Shown: positions 39,135 through 53,538, counted from the first letter of the stretch. The stretch: DNA of 64,000 nt from Felis catus (GCF_018350175.1 NC_058368.1:11780001-11844000); one strand, 5' to 3'. Notes: generated by a model from the sequence alone, not told the origin. Numbers and translations are program-made.

Positions 39135-39607
39135 TTATAAGAGGTACCGATTGTGGGAAGACTGCATTTTGCAGTTACCAGAGTCTTCACAAAATCTTGT
39201 TTCCCTTCTAATTCCAACTTGGACTTGGAGTAAAGTCCCAGGAGGAACAGCAGTTTTTAATAAACACAGCCAATTAGAGATTCTAGTAGCAGTTTGATTT
39301 GATTTCTGTGACCCTGAATTTGTTGTCACATACTGGATTTTTAATAAAAATCACGACAGTGTCAGATGTCTTTATTTCTTCTCAGATCAGTTAAAAAAAA
39401 ATGATTATTCCTATTGCTCTTACCTTTGCTCTTCAATCCAGTCAGTACTTTTTTTCCATTCATTGAAAGGATCTTAAATATTTTTACTGTAGTCTTATTT
39501 GATCTTAACAACATTTATTTATATGTGATATTATCAGAATAAAGAACAATGTTTTCATTGATTTTTCTTCCAGTGACTGTCAGTATGATTTTTAAAAATA
39601 CTGATAT

Positions 39608-39810
39608 GGGGGTGCTTAGGTGGCTCAATTGGTGGAGCATCGGACTTGAGTTTGGGTCATGGTCACATGGTTCATGAGTTTGAGCACCATGTCCAGCTCT
39701 CTGTTGTCAAAGCCCAGAGTTAGCTTCGGATCCTCTGTCTCCCTCTAGCTTTCTGCCCTGTGTGTGTGCACACGCTCTCAAAAATGAATAAACATGAAAA
39801 AAGATCAGAT
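39608..39810 (+). mobile_element. Can-SINE
   Basis: TSD taaaaatac(t/a)gat. Confidence 0.92.
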
Positions 39811-40165
39811 TAAAAATACAGATGTTTCCCTTAATTAACATTTTAGATGAACTTACTCAAAGGTTGTATAAGCTCTTTAGTATTAGAATATTTTATTGTG
39901 TTTTATTTGTTCATATTGGATATAAAAATGTAAATATTTGTAACAACATGCATTACAGTGCATACAATGAAATTAACTGCTTTCTGAAACTATTTGTTTC
40001 ACATTACCCTTTAAAAGCAGGAAAATTCTGTATCATAGTTTTACTATAAATTGGGGGTAAATTGAAAGCATATATATTTTAAATGGAAAAAGGAATTTGT
40101 TCTTCTATAGTGTATTTAGTATATAAAATGGATTCTGATAGTGGTCAGTTTTATGTAAATTATTA

Positions 40166-40385
40166 TTAAAAAAAATTTTTTTTTTAGCATTTATTTATTT
40201 TTTGAGAGGCAGAGAGAGACGGTATGAGTGGGGATAGAACAGAGAGAGAGGGAGACACAGAATCCGAAGCAGGCTCCAGGCTCTGAGCTGTCAACACAGA
40301 GCCCGACATGGGGCTCGAACTCACAGTGAGATCATGACCTGAGCCGAAGTCGGACGCTTAACTGACTGAGCCACCCAGGTGCCCC
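40166..40385 (-). mobile_element. Can-SINE
   Basis: TSD tat(g/a)taaattatt. Confidence 0.95.
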
Positions 40386-42582
40386 TATATAAATTATTTT
40401 TTAAGTATGGTTATTATTTTCTTATTTTCAATGTATCCACTCTGCCTTACATGTGAATAATTGAAAGTCCACAAAGATGAAATATATTATGTCAGATAAT
40501 TTAAGTCTGTTAAACCTCAGAGGAGCAGCTGTATATCAGTATCTCTTATATATTTCTGATAAAAATTGAAGATCCTATTTATTTCCCATACCCTTTCTTT
40601 CTTCAGCATTGCTCCCTTTCCCTCTTTCTCATTTACACTTTTTTTTTTTTTCTCTTAGGTTGCAGTTTAGTAGTTATTTCTGTTATTTTGGGAAACTTTT
40701 TCCTTAAAGATCACCTTACCAGGTCCAAGGGAGTATTTACTAAGGCCATTTTGTATGTTTCAGCAACATGTGTTTCTGAAATAATTAGCACTGTATGCCA
40801 CCCTTCATCTTCAAGCATTTTTTTCTAGGTTAAAACATTTTTTTTTTTAATTTTTCTACCTTTTCTGACCCTTCTGTTTTTCTTCCTATCCCCCTCCCCA
40901 TATCAATATAGATGTTTCCTCAGGGTTGAGTCTTGGTGTCTCAGCTCATCCTACATGTTTTTCTTAATCTTGTAAACCCATAAAGCATGAGCTTTATGAC
41001 CAAAATATTTTCTGGCTTTGATTTTCTTTAAAACTTCAGATCTATATCTTTAGTTACCTTTTAGACCAAAATTTTTTCCCCAAGACTTGACCTCTGTATG
41101 TTTTTTCCCTATCTCCATTATGGTGAGAGCAGAGATTTTATATATTTGCTTGTCATTGCATTCCTAGTATATGGTGTAGTATACTGCACCAAGTAAATTC
41201 TCAGTAAATAAGTAATTGACTTTCAAGGAACAGAGGCTTTGAATCTTGTAATCATCTACTTCTCTTTACTTTTTTTTTTTTCTACTTCTCTTTTAATATC
41301 ATCCATAAGTCTTTGAATCAGTTCTTGTTTCCCCATGTTTCCCCATTTCTTCCTTACTTCTTATCTGGAATGTTGTAGCAGTTTTTTAACTGGTTTTACT
41401 GTATTTGATTTCTCCTTTCTGGTCTGTATTGCAATCTGTTGTAGCCATCATTTATTAGAACAGTTCTGGTCATTCATTCAGCAAGGATTTCCAGAGTACC
41501 TGCTTTGTGCTAAGTTCTCTAATAGATGCTAGCATAAAATGATATACTATCCTTCGCTTATAGGGCTTATGGCCTAGTAAGAGACATAGAATAAGTTCAC
41601 TAAATATGATGTGATAATGCCAATTATGATATGTTCAAAGTTTTCCTAGCTGTAGGGGGAGGAGTCTTGCTCTGGTTGGAGAAGTCAGTGAAAGTTTAAA
41701 CATAGACTTAATTAAGGTACATCATTTGCTTAGTAGACAAGGGCCAGTAAATATGTCATTCTGAAGAAACAGCTTGTATATATTCACAGAGATACTTCAA
41801 ATCTCTGCTTCCAGTTCTATTGTTTATAAAACTGAAGTGCAAACTGAGTAAACCTGCCTCTTTGTTGGCTCTTATCTTTTCTTCCTTAGCTCCCTTTACT
41901 TCCTTCCACCTTTTCCTTCAGTCACAATTCTAGATCTTAAGTTAAATTCTGAACTTTCTTCTCTAGATTGGTAACACATTCTAAACTGTTCTCTCTGTCC
42001 TTTTGTTCTATACATCGTTACCACTTCACCCCCATTCACCTGTAGAAATGGGCTTTCTTTTGATCTTATATTTTCCAAGCTTGTTATTTCTGTTAGAATA
42101 ATTATAGAATTTACTGTGATTTAAATATCTAGGGAGATGTTTGGTTTTTTTGGTAGATTTTGAGATCTATCTTACTCATTTTGCCCGATGGTCACTGCTA
42201 AAGAGTTCTGCAAATAACAGGCACTTGACAAATTTTACCAAGGCCAATTTTTGACCATGTAGATGACTTTATTCTACAAAGGCACCATATCTATATTACT
42301 TAGTTGCAGGGTGTGGTCACAATTGTATATCTATTGTTAGGAATAATGAGCATTAGCTTTTACTTGTGTCGAGGCAAGGCAGAGACTTTTTTGTATTCCA
42401 GCTTCTGTGGAAAACTGGGAATCCTGTCACATTTATTTACTATCCTCTGAAATGATTTGTCCTGGGCCTTTGCTAAATATCTATCTTCTTTGGTTGAAGG
42501 AACACAGCTATGACCTTGGTTCTTCTCACTAATCTACCTGGAATTCATTTTGTGTAAGCTGTGAGGTATAGGTATGATGTTA

Positions 42583-42901
42583 TTTTTTTCCTTTTCCTTC
42601 CTCCTCCTCCCTCCTCCTCCCTCCTCCTCCCTCCTCCTCCCTCCTCCTCCCTCCTCCTCCCTCCTCCTTCCTCCTCCCCCCTCCTCCCCCCCTTCCTCCT
42701 ACCTCGTTTATGTATTTTTGAGAGAGGGACAGAGTGCAAGTAGGGGAGGGGCAGAAAGAGAGAGGGAGACACAATCTGAAGCAGGCTCCAGGCTCCAAGC
42801 TGTCAGCACAGAGCCTGACACAGGGCTCGAATCCACGAACCATGTGATCATGACCTGAGCTGAAGTTGGATGCTTAACCAACTGAGACACCCAGGCACCC
42901 C
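42583..42901 (-). mobile_element. Can-SINE with CCT-rich repeat in its tail
   Basis: TSD gat(g/a)ttattttttt; (ctcctcctcc)n at about 42596-42700. Confidence 0.94.
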
Positions 42902-43619
42902 GATATTATTTTTTTCTATATAGGTATTAAAGTATCTCAGAACTTGAATGAATTATTAAAATTTCAAACAACTTTATTGAGCTATAATTTATATATTGTA
43001 AAATTAATAAATTTTATCCCTTTCAAGTGTACAGTTCAATAATTTTTTTTTTAGGAAATTTACTGAAAAATGCAATCATCACCATAATCCAATTTTAGAA
43101 CATTTTCATCGGTAAGATCCCTCATGCCCGTTTTCAGTTAATCCCTCAATGGATTCTGTTGAGTTTTTTCATCTTGAGCTCTCTGTAGCATCTAGTACTG
43201 TTGGCCACTCCTTGTCTTGAAACATGGTATACCCCCTACTTTCTGATACAGCTTCCTTCCAAATCTCCATACTTCTTTGGTCATTCTCACATTCCTTTGT
43301 AAGTTCTTTTTCCTCTCCCTATTTCTTAAAGATGTGCCTTCTCTTATCTCTTCTTACTTTATAAGACTTCCTGAATCTGTCATCTGTGCCCCTGGTTTTA
43401 ACTATCACTGAGGATCCCCACATCTGTCCCTAGTTCAGACATCTCTCTGGAAATCTAACTGCCCACTGACCATTTTCCCTCCTCTTCTTTTTCTTCTTCT
43501 TTCTCCTCCTCCTATTCCTCTTCTATCTCTTCCTCCTCCTCTTCTCCCCTGCCCCCACCCTCGACCCAGCAGATGGGGCAAAGCATCTTATTTCCCAAAG
43601 GGTACCTGAAAATCTTTTC

Positions 43620-45272
43620 TTTTTTTAAAACAGATTTATTGCTCTATAACTGATAGAGAAAACACTGCATATATATTACATACAGCACCTATGATACCAT
43701 TACCACACAGCTATCACTTCTAATAAAATAGCTATTACTTCTAAAAGTTTCCTTGTGCCCCTTTGCTTTTTTTTTGGTAAGAACACACTTCACATGAAGT
43801 CTATACTGTTAACAAATTCTTTTTAAAAATATTTTGTAATGTTTACTTTTGAGAGAGCAAGAGAGGTAGCACACATGAGCATGAGTGGGGGAGGGGCAGA
43901 TTGAGAGAGAGAAAATGGAAAGCAGGCTCCAGGCTCTGCACTGTCAGCACAGAGCTCGCTGTGGGGCTCCAGCCCATGAACTATGAGGTCATGACCCGAA
44001 CCGAAGTCAGACGCTTAACCTAGTGAGCCACCTTTAGGTGGCCAGGCACCCCTACTCTTAAATTCTTAAGTTAGTCCTAAACACTGACTTAGCTATAGGT
44101 GCCATGTTGTATAGAACATCTCTAGAATTTAACCGTCTTGTAGAACTGTAACTTTATACTCATTGAATAACTCCCCATTTTCTCCTCCTCTCATCTCCTG
44201 GCAGCCACTATTCTATTTCCTGCTTCTATAAGTTTGACTATTTTAGATACTTCTATAAATGGAGTCCTGCAGTATTTGCCCTTCTATCACTAACATATTT
44301 CACTCAGCATAATGTCTTCCAGGTCCATCCATGTTGTTGCAAATGGTAGGATTTTCTTCTTTTTTAAGCCTGAATACTGTTCTATTTTAAGTGTATACCA
44401 CTTTTTCTTTATCCATTCATCTATTGATGAGGATTTGGGTTCTTTCCATCTTGGCTATTGTGAATAATATTGCAGTGAATATGGGTATGCAGATACATCT
44501 TAAGAGATATTGATTTCCATTGTTTTTTGGATATATAGCCAGGATCAGGATTTCTGGATTGTATGGTAGTTCTATTTTTAATTTTTTGAGGAACCTCCCT
44601 ACTGTTTTCCCTACTGGCTGCATCATTGTATATTCACATCAACAATGTACAAGAGTTCTTTATCTTTCACGTTTTGTCAACACTTGTTAGCTTTTTTTTT
44701 CTTTTTCTTCTTCTTTTTTTTTTTTTATAATGGCCATCCTAACAGAAGTGAAGTGATTCCTCCTTATTGATTTGCATTTCTCAATGGTGAAAAATAGCTT
44801 TCTTCTAAGATCAGTAACAAGACAAAGATGCCCAGTCTTGCCACTTCTGTTCAACATGGTACTGGAAGTCCTAGTCAGAGCAGTTAGACAACAAAGTAAA
44901 AGCAAGAAATAAAAGGAATCCAAATCAGAAAGGAAGAAGTAAAATTACCTGTTTATAGATGATGTGAAAACCTTAAAGATCCTGCAAAAAAACCTTTTAG
45001 AGCTAATAAATTCTGTTAAGTTGCAGGATACCAAATGAACATGCAAAAATCAGTTACGTTTTTATATACTAACAATGAACTGTGGGAGATGAACAAAAGA
45101 ATTCCTTCACAATAGTATCAAAAAGAAAAAAATGACTTGAGAACAAACTTTATCAAGGAGGCAAAACACTTGTGTACCAAAAACTGCAATACGTTGATCA
45201 AAGAAGTAAGACACAAATAAATGGAAAAACATCCAGTGTTCATGGATTGGAATATTTAATGTTGTTGAAATA
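43620..45272. mobile_element. L1 with inverted 5' part (minus 43620-44782, plus 44783-45272); SINE nested at 43820-44052
   Basis: Abrupt strand switch at tttgcatttctc|aatggtgaaaaa. Confidence 0.85.
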
Positions 45273-47278
45273 TTAGGCAATATTCGGAACTTTTTATCTT
45301 GTCCTCTCTGATCTTTTCTTACTGTTGTGCGTTTCATATATTAATTTTCACGTATATTAATTTCACATAGCTCTGATTCTAGGCTGTCTTTTCCATTGAT
45401 TTTTTTTTTCCCTCCTGCACTAATGCTACATCATTTAAATTACCTTTATAATGGGTTTTAATATCTGATAGAACAAATCCATTTAGAGTGTTTTCTTCTT
45501 TAAGTATCTCGCTATTTTTGGCCTTTTGCATTTACATATAAATTTTAAGATAAATTTGCTATAGTTCTTTTAAAATCAAAACTTGAATTTGATTGGATTG
45601 TATTGATAACATAATCACAGGGAAGATTTGCTATCTTTACAGTATTTGAGACTTCCAACCCAGCCCATGATATATCTTCATTTATTTAGGTTTTCTTTCA
45701 TTTCTGTCAGTGAAGCTTTAAGATTTTCTCTAAAAGCACATCTTTTGTTAGATTTACTGCAGGTATTTTATGCTTTTCTATGTAAATTGCATTTTTAAAC
45801 TTTTTAGTTGCTCTCCATACGAATACAATTGATTGGTTTGCTCTTAAGCCTTCTTATTTTGAAATAATTATAGGCATAAAGTTGTAAAAAATGAACATAG
45901 AATCCTATGAACCCTTCAGTTATCTTTTGCTGGTTGTGACATCTGATGTAGCTGTAGTACAATATCAAATTAGGAAATTGACATTTGTATAATATTGTTA
46001 ATTAAATTACTGATCTTACTCTGTTTTCTCAAGTTTCTGCACAATATTTTCTCTCTCTCTCTCTGAGTGTATGTAGTCCTGTGTACTTTGATCCTGTGTA
46101 TAGATTCTTGTCATTACCATCACAATCAAGATACAGAATTATGAAAGAATTCTCTCATGCTACCACTCAGTCTTATCTGTGTACCCTGGCAACCACTAAT
46201 CTGTTCTCCATGCCTATAGTTGTCATTTTGAGAATGTTAAATTAATGAAACCATATAGCATGTAACCTTTTGATATTACAGTAAGTCTAATGACCATAGA
46301 TTATTGCATGTGTCAGTAAGTAAGTTTTTTAGTAGTGCGTTTTATGGATCTGTCAGTTTAACTGATCGTTCTTTGAGGAGCTTTCGATTGCCTCCGGTTT
46401 TGGGGTGTATGAATAAGCTGCTATAAATATTCTTGTACAGGTTTGCATGAACACAAGCTTTCATTTCTGTGGGAAAAATTCCCAAGAGTGAAATTGCTGG
46501 TTTGTATGATAAAGTGCCTGTTCAGTTTTATGAGAAACTGCTAGATTATTTTCAACTATGTTTGTACTATTTCACATTTCTACCAGCAGTGTCTAGATTC
46601 AGTTTCTTTGCATCCTTGCCTACATTTGATGTTGTTGCTATTTTCTATTTTAGCCATTCTAATAGTATATAATGGATTTTTTTTCCTTATTTTGTTTTTA
46701 ATTTGCATTTCCCTAATGATTAATGAGGTGAACATTTTTTCATGTGCTGATTTGCCATTTGCATTTCCTCTTCAAATGTCTGTTCATGTCTTTTGCCCAT
46801 TTTGTAATGTATTATTTTTTTATAGTATCTTTTAAGACTTGTTTATATAGGCTAGATACATGTACTCTGTCATATATGTATTTGCAAATATTTTCTCCAA
46901 TATATAGCTTAACTTTTCTCTTAACAGTTTTTTCACAGAGCAAAAGTTTTTAATTTTTGAAATCCAGTTTGTCACTTTTTCATTTTATGGATCTTGTAGT
47001 GTCATTTCTAAAAACCCTTCTAGTCTCAATAGTGAAGATACCTTCCATGTTTTCTTTTAAAAATTTTTGTTTACATTTTCTATTTAAATCTTTGGTGTAT
47101 TTTAAATTAATTTTGTATAAGATATGAGACACTTAGGTCAAGGTTTTCTTTTTTTCTTTTTCTTTTTCTTTTTTTTTCCGAGTCTGTGTTTATCCATTGC
47201 TCCAGCACTATATGTGGAAAAGACTATTATTGCTTCATTCAGTTGCTTTACCACCTTTGTAAAAACAACAACAACAAC

Positions 47279-47310
<32 letters not shown>

Positions 47311-48182
47311 AATTGGGCATACTTGTGCGGATCTCTTTCAGGTTGTCTGTTTTTTTCTATTGATCTATAGGTCTGTCCCTTTTACCCACATCACATTGTA
47401 TTGTTTATTGTACTATATAAAAAGTTTTAAAGTTGTGTAGAATGATTACCTTCTACTTCATTGTTTTCTAAAATTGTTTCATCAATTTTAGTTCCTTTGC
47501 CGTTCTGTATACATTTTGGAATAGGCTTGTTTCTGTCTACAAAAAGTCTTGCTGGGATTTTGTTAGAATCTCCAAACCTGTAGATCAGTTTGAGGGAAAT
47601 CTGACATCTTTACTATGATGAGTTTTCCCATCCATGAACATGGTATGTCTTCCATTTATTTAAATTTTCTGTGGTTTCTTTCATTAGTATTTTATAATTT
47701 TCAGCATACCAATCTTGTATATGTTTTATTAGGTTTATACTGAAGTATTTCATTTATAGTAGGAGTGATTGAAAATAGTATTGTGCTTTTAACTAAGGTT
47801 TCCATCTGTTCCTTGCTAGTATATAGAAATACAGTTGATTTTGTATATTGAGCTTTATATTCTGCAACCTTGATGAATGAGTTTTTTATTTTTTATTTTT
47901 GTAGATTCTTTTAGAATCTTCTATGTAACAACCATGCCATCTGGAAATGTGGCTTCTATTTAATCTGTGTGGCTTCTATATCCTTTATCTTGCCTTAGTG
48001 TGTCTGGCCAGGGCTTCCGGTATAATCTTGTATAAGAGTGGTAAGAGCAGACGTATTTGTTCTGTTTCTGATCTTCAGAGGAATTATTCAGTCTTTTACT
48101 GTTATGTATTGTGTTAGCTATAGGCATTTGATGTTTACATACTGAGTTTTCTACTCTATACCCTTGCTAAACTCAATCTTCT

Positions 48183-48383
48183 CTCTCTCTCTCTCTTTTT
48201 TTTTAGTTTGTTTTGAGAGAGACAAAGACAGTGCAAGTGGGGGAGGGGCAGATACAGGGAGGAGAGGGAGAGAATCCCAAGCAGACTCCATGCTGCTGTT
48301 GCAACATGGGGCTCGATCCCACAAACCGTGAGCCAAAACCAAGAGTTGGACACTTAACCAACTGAGAGCCACCCAGGTGCCCC
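48183..48383 (-). mobile_element. Can-SINE
   Basis: TSD ctaaactcaatcttct. Confidence 0.94.
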
Positions 48384-48814
48384 ACTAAACTCAATCTTCT
48401 TAATTCTGAGGTTTTATCTGTAAGTCCTTTTGGAGTTTCTATGCACATAATCATATAATCTGCAGACAGTAGCTATAGCTGTTTTGTTCCTTCTTTTTTT
48501 ATCTTTATATTCTTCATTTCTTACTTTGTTGACTACCATCTTTATTACTGGGTCAAGTAGAAGTGATGATGGAGGTATGCTTGTGTATGTTTTGATCCTA
48601 AGTAAAAATCTTTAAGTGGATCATGATTAATGGGCCATCAATAAACATGATTTATGGTGTATAGTATTTGTAACACCCGACCTTTCTCAGATAAAGGAAA
48701 CTTTCATCCAGTTTTTAGTTTGTTGAGCTTTTTCTCTTTTTCGTCTTAGTTTTCAAACTTTTGTTGAAGTTTTCAAACTTTTTTTTTCTTTATTTATTGA
48801 GATTATCACACCAT

Positions 48815-48997
48815 TTTTCTTTTTTTGTCTCAGTTTGTTTTGAGAGAGCACATGCCAGCAGGAGAGGGGCAGAGAGAGAGAATCCCAAGCATGCTCCCCA
48901 CTGGGAATGTGGAGCTAGAGCTCATGAACCATGAGATCATGACCTGAGCTGAAACTAAGAGTTGGATGCTTAACCCACCGAGTCATCCAGGCACCCC
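48815..48997 (-). mobile_element. Can-SINE
   Basis: Reverse SINE motifs. Confidence 0.9.
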
Positions 48998-51415
48998 TTG
49001 TTTTTCTCTTTTTAATCTGTTAATATGAGGAATCTAACCTTGCATTCCTGGGATAAACCCAAGTTTTAATAACGTTGCTACATTTGGTTTCCTAATATTT
49101 TATTTAGGAATTTTGCATCTTTGTTTATGAACAAGAATGGTATGTGATTTTTCTTGATTTTTCTCATTGGGTTTTGATATGTTGTGCTAGTTAGTTGTAT
49201 AAGATGAGTTGGAAAAGATTCCCTTGTGTTTTGAGTCTTTGGAATTATTTATGTGGCATTGAAATTATTTCTTCCTCAGTTATTTGATAGAACTCACTAG
49301 TAAAGCTATGTAGACCTGGAGTTTTTTCCTTATAGGAATATTTATTGATTGTTGATTAAGTTTATTAAAGGTATTTTTTTTTTCTTGAGTCATTTTTGGT
49401 AAGGTATAGATTTTTTTCATATTTGAATTTTCACATGCTGATATGTCAAAAATTTATGATTGTCTTCTGAGTTTTTACTTTACTGATCATATACTTGTTT
49501 TCTTTTGATTCATTCATTATTAGGAAGTATATTTACGAATTTTTTAATGTTTGGAGATTTTTATTTTTTGTTGAAGTAGAATATAACTGAGGAAAGTGTA
49601 AAAAATTATGTTGTCTAATATTGTCCAGCTCTGTGACTTTACACAAAGTGAAAACAGTTCTATAACCGCCATCCAGATAAAGAAGTAGAACACTACCTGT
49701 ACCCAATATAGCCTCTTTACCCCTCTTTTAGTTACGTTTCCTACAAAAGATGCTCAGTATCTTGACTTATCATAGATTGTTTCCTTGATTTTGAACTCCT
49801 TCAGAAATGTAAGCTTGTGTCGGTGGGCGGGGGGGGGGCACATAGTATATGCTAAACAATATTCTAAATACTGCATGTTTACTTACAGCTTCAGTTTTTC
49901 TTTGGCTAATTTGTCCTTATTCCAGTCTATTCTTGAAAATTATATTCCTTGGATGTAAGCTTTAGCTTTGCAATTATAGTCTTTTCCCGCATTGAGGATG
50001 GCATTTTGCTGTCTTCTGGCTTACATTGTTGCTACTGAGAAGCCACTTACTAGTTTAAATACTGTTCCTTTCAAGGTAATATGATGGCTTTAAGGTTTTG
50101 TTCTGTAGAATTCTTAGTATTTTGAATTTAATTCTGTTTGCGTTCTTGAATTTATGGATTGATATTTTATGCTGTTTTCCTCAGATAGAGGTCTCTTTCA
50201 TGTTTTCTTTTGATACTCCCGTGAATCATGTTAAACTTTTCTGCCTTCTGTGTATTCTTTTGACCTCTCTTCTAGTTGACTAATTCTGATAGCTTTTTCT
50301 AATCTGCTAATAAGTATGTCCATTGAGTTTTTAATTTCAGTTTTTGCATTTTTTATTTTTAGAAATTCTACTTTTCTGGTTTACTCTGTATAATTATTTA
50401 TTCCTTGTTATTTTTTTAATGACAAATATAGTCTTGCAATTTGTTTAATAATTTGTTCAGTAATTGTAACATCTGAAGTCTTTGTGTGTCCTGTCTTGGT
50501 GTTTGGTATTTCTGCTGATTCCTTCTCATAGTGTCATGTTTCTTCAGGTTCTTGATTATTTTTGACTTGATAGTGCTCATTTTGACCCCTGGAAACATCA
50601 TAGTGGGGATTGTTTGAGGTGCAGAATTTTACTTAATTAGGTGCTTGGAGGTACTACCATTCAGGGGTCACTGAGTTCATATGTTGAGGTTCTCTGGACA
50701 ACTCAGGTAATATGAACCTCAGCAAACGTGTAGGCCCATGGCAAAAACTAATTAGCTGTACCTCCCTTGTATCTATGTTGCCTTGCTTAGTACCAAGGCA
50801 GCTTTCTCTGCTGTCCCCTGGTGATGGGGGCATGGGCACATGTTGATTTCTGGCTTATCTTTGTGATTTCTTTTGGAGATGGGGTAGTATTCTGCATTGA
50901 TGTCAGGAAGGTCTCTTTGATATTCTACTTTGACAGGTTGAGATTTACTTCTGTCCCTCTTGCCTCATAAGACCACCAAAACTGAACTCTAGATTTGTCA
51001 GGGTTGGCAAATGGCCTTAGAGCCTAAATGAATATAATGTTCCAGTGCTCCATTTACTATTCTCAGGTCTTGTATTTGGTTTTATTTTGGCCAAGTAATT
51101 TGTGATGCTTTAAAAAACATGCTTATTTTGTTTTTTTTCCCCTTATTTATAATCTTTGTAGTTGGAGGGTTAGTGCGAATAACTTAGCTTGCCAGTAGTG
51201 GAAATGGAAATTAACATACGGTTGAAAAGAATTGGGGAAATGTTTAATAAAATGTTTTTCGTTAGAGAGGTGACCTACTGTAAATTAGGAAGTAGTTATA
51301 ATAAATTACTTGGTGGGAAGATAGGTAACTTATGTTTATTATTAATTTTGTTTATACTTATTTTTTGGTTTGCATCTAATAGTTTTCTCATTTTAGGGGT
51401 AAAAATATTTCCATC

Positions 51416-51523
51416 ATGGCTCATTCAAAGACAAGGACCAATGATGGGAAAATTACTTATCCTCCTGGTGTCAAAGAAATCTCAGATAAAATATCTAAAG
51501 AGGAAATGGTGAGACGGTTAAAG
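51416..51523 (+). CDS. PDS5B: PDS5B first coding exon (exon 2; exon starts at 51397 with 19 nt of 5'UTR), codons 1-36
   Basis: Encodes [36 protein letters not shown], the PDS5B N-terminus; acceptor ttttctcattttag ends 51396; strong Kozak atcATGG; donor AAG|gtgagt. Confidence 0.98.
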
Positions 51524-53524
51524 GTGAGTATAATTGTGTTACATTTTGGGGGCATCTGTTTAGGGTGGGCTGTTACCTGTGGAAATCACATAGAGCTGTA
51601 TTTTATTAGGGCATCCGAAAAACAAATGAAAGCTAAAAAAGCAAATGAAAGCTAAAAATGGCTTTCTAGGGCCTCCTATACTTGAGCATAAAGAATCAAT
51701 CTGTAGTACTCTTTATATTCTTTGTTGTCTGTAGAGAGTTCTCCTTTGTTCTATATCTCATTTATTTTAGAAAACAACCATTTTACTCTAAGAAAGGAAG
51801 TTTACAGTCTTTGTACTGAGCACTCAGGCTGTGTTTTACTTTCTTGTAAGTTATTTTGAGAGTAGGTTAAAGTGCTTTACTTTTAGCTTCTCTCCCTGCT
51901 TCTGACATGCAGCAATGAATCAAGATTGATGGTGAACTTCCATAGATGAGGCAGTCATTGTATGGCTAGAGTCTCTTTATACGTGTTTGAACAATATTTT
52001 ACTTTTGCTTCAGGGCAGTGATAGTCCCTGTGATTATAAAATGGTTAAAGGAGCAGAATGGCCAAAGAGAATGTTAAGCTAATTCATCAGTTAGTGGACA
52101 TGTTTTTATTTTTCAGCATTTTTTCCCTTCTAGATTATATCTACCTAGACGTTTATGTTGCTTGATACATTATTATTATTTATCCAGTATTTTAAGACTG
52201 GAAAACCTACCTTAATTAATCATTGAAGGCCTAGGAACCTTAAAGCAAAGTACTGTTTTATGGGTATTGCTGCATGGTTTATTCCTAATGCTCGTAAATT
52301 TCCTATAAAGTCTTAGTATTATACCTTTATGCATAAAGTATTAGAATGTCAAAAAATATCGGAAGTTTATTATTCAAAGGAAAAGACATCTTTGAGCACA
52401 TTAAAAATACCAATTTGTGTGTGTTATATCTAGTTAGGAACTTGTGTATGTTTTGTTAAAAATAGTGAAGCTGCAAGCCCTTTCTATATGACATGTTCCA
52501 TTTTCTGTGTATCTACATTCTCTTCATCTATTGACTTTTTAGAGAAACGAGTATTCATTTATTTCCTCAGATTATATTTCAGCAGTGATAGGTAAACTTC
52601 TCTATTGTTTGCTAAGAAAGTATTATTAAATGCAGAAATTATACTTAAAGGCTGATTAACATTTAGTGTCTCATAGAGATGTTATTTTCTCAGACATCTT
52701 TAATAGACAACTTAAATGTGAGTTACTGAGTTTTATAACACCATTTGAGTTGTAGACAATTTTGAGGGATTCTCATTATCTAGCCCTTGAGTAAACTTTG
52801 TTAATCTAGGTGGAATGATTTCCACAGTGCTCACATTTAGTGTTTGTAATATGTTTTCATTATTTTGTTGACATCTATGCCCAGAAATCTGGTTAATATA
52901 CTTTTCCTTCATTTTTGTTTCCTAATTTATACTTATACTTACCCATATTTTTAGCAACCCTCTTAGAGAATTATAAAAAGGATTTAATGTGGGCTGATGG
53001 TAATTTTTGAAATGTACAATTATGGGGATAAGTTTTGTGAATTACAACAATTTGTTAACAGGTAAGGTGTCATTATATAATTTCTAGAGTTTCCTATAAC
53101 ATTTTATTCAAAGTATACTGAAACTCTTCCTCTTTGGTGAAGAGATTCTAGAGAAAGTAATGGTTTCTTGCATGTGGGTCTCTCTTTTTTTTTTTCTTTG
53201 CCTCTTTTCATAATATGCGTAGGCCGTCAAAGCATACATCTTACATCAATAAAATTAATAAGTTAGGAAGTAACTCTGGACCTTGTGCCCTTAAGCTAAC
53301 TGTAGTGCCCCACTAGCAGGATTAGTCTACTCGTGTTTCTGGTGTCTGGCATAATAGAACTGAGGGTCTGCCCTCTGAGGAACACTGTTCCCTAGCAACA
53401 CATTAGATGATTTATTACTCAGAAGTCTAGCTCTCTGGCAGAGTAGAAATCCTTGTGTTTTTTAAGGACCAACTCATAGCTATTGATACTTGGTGGCAGC
53501 CCTACTTGTTGATTAGTATTCGCA

Positions 53525-53538
53525 GCACCACCTAGTGG
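53525..53538 (-). promoter_or_regulatory. CTCF core motif candidate
   Basis: Minus strand CCACTAGGTGGTGC followed by TG, 13/14 to consensus. Confidence 0.55.

Larger units (their letters stand above)
45390..50420 (-). mobile_element. Nested old L1 (L1MC/L1ME-type) fragments
   Basis: Continuous T-rich antisense ORF2 and 3'UTR motifs. Confidence 0.7.
1..51396 (+). other. PDS5B: Distal part of PDS5B intron 1
   Basis: Ends at the acceptor of the ATG-containing exon; no CpG island or promoter in the window, so the non-coding exon 1 is inferred to lie upstream. Confidence 0.8.

Noticed and set aside
51189..51512. 107-aa ORF overlapping exon 2 in another frame
   Set aside because: It starts at a non-ATG codon in intron sequence and crosses the acceptor, so it is not present in spliced mRNA.
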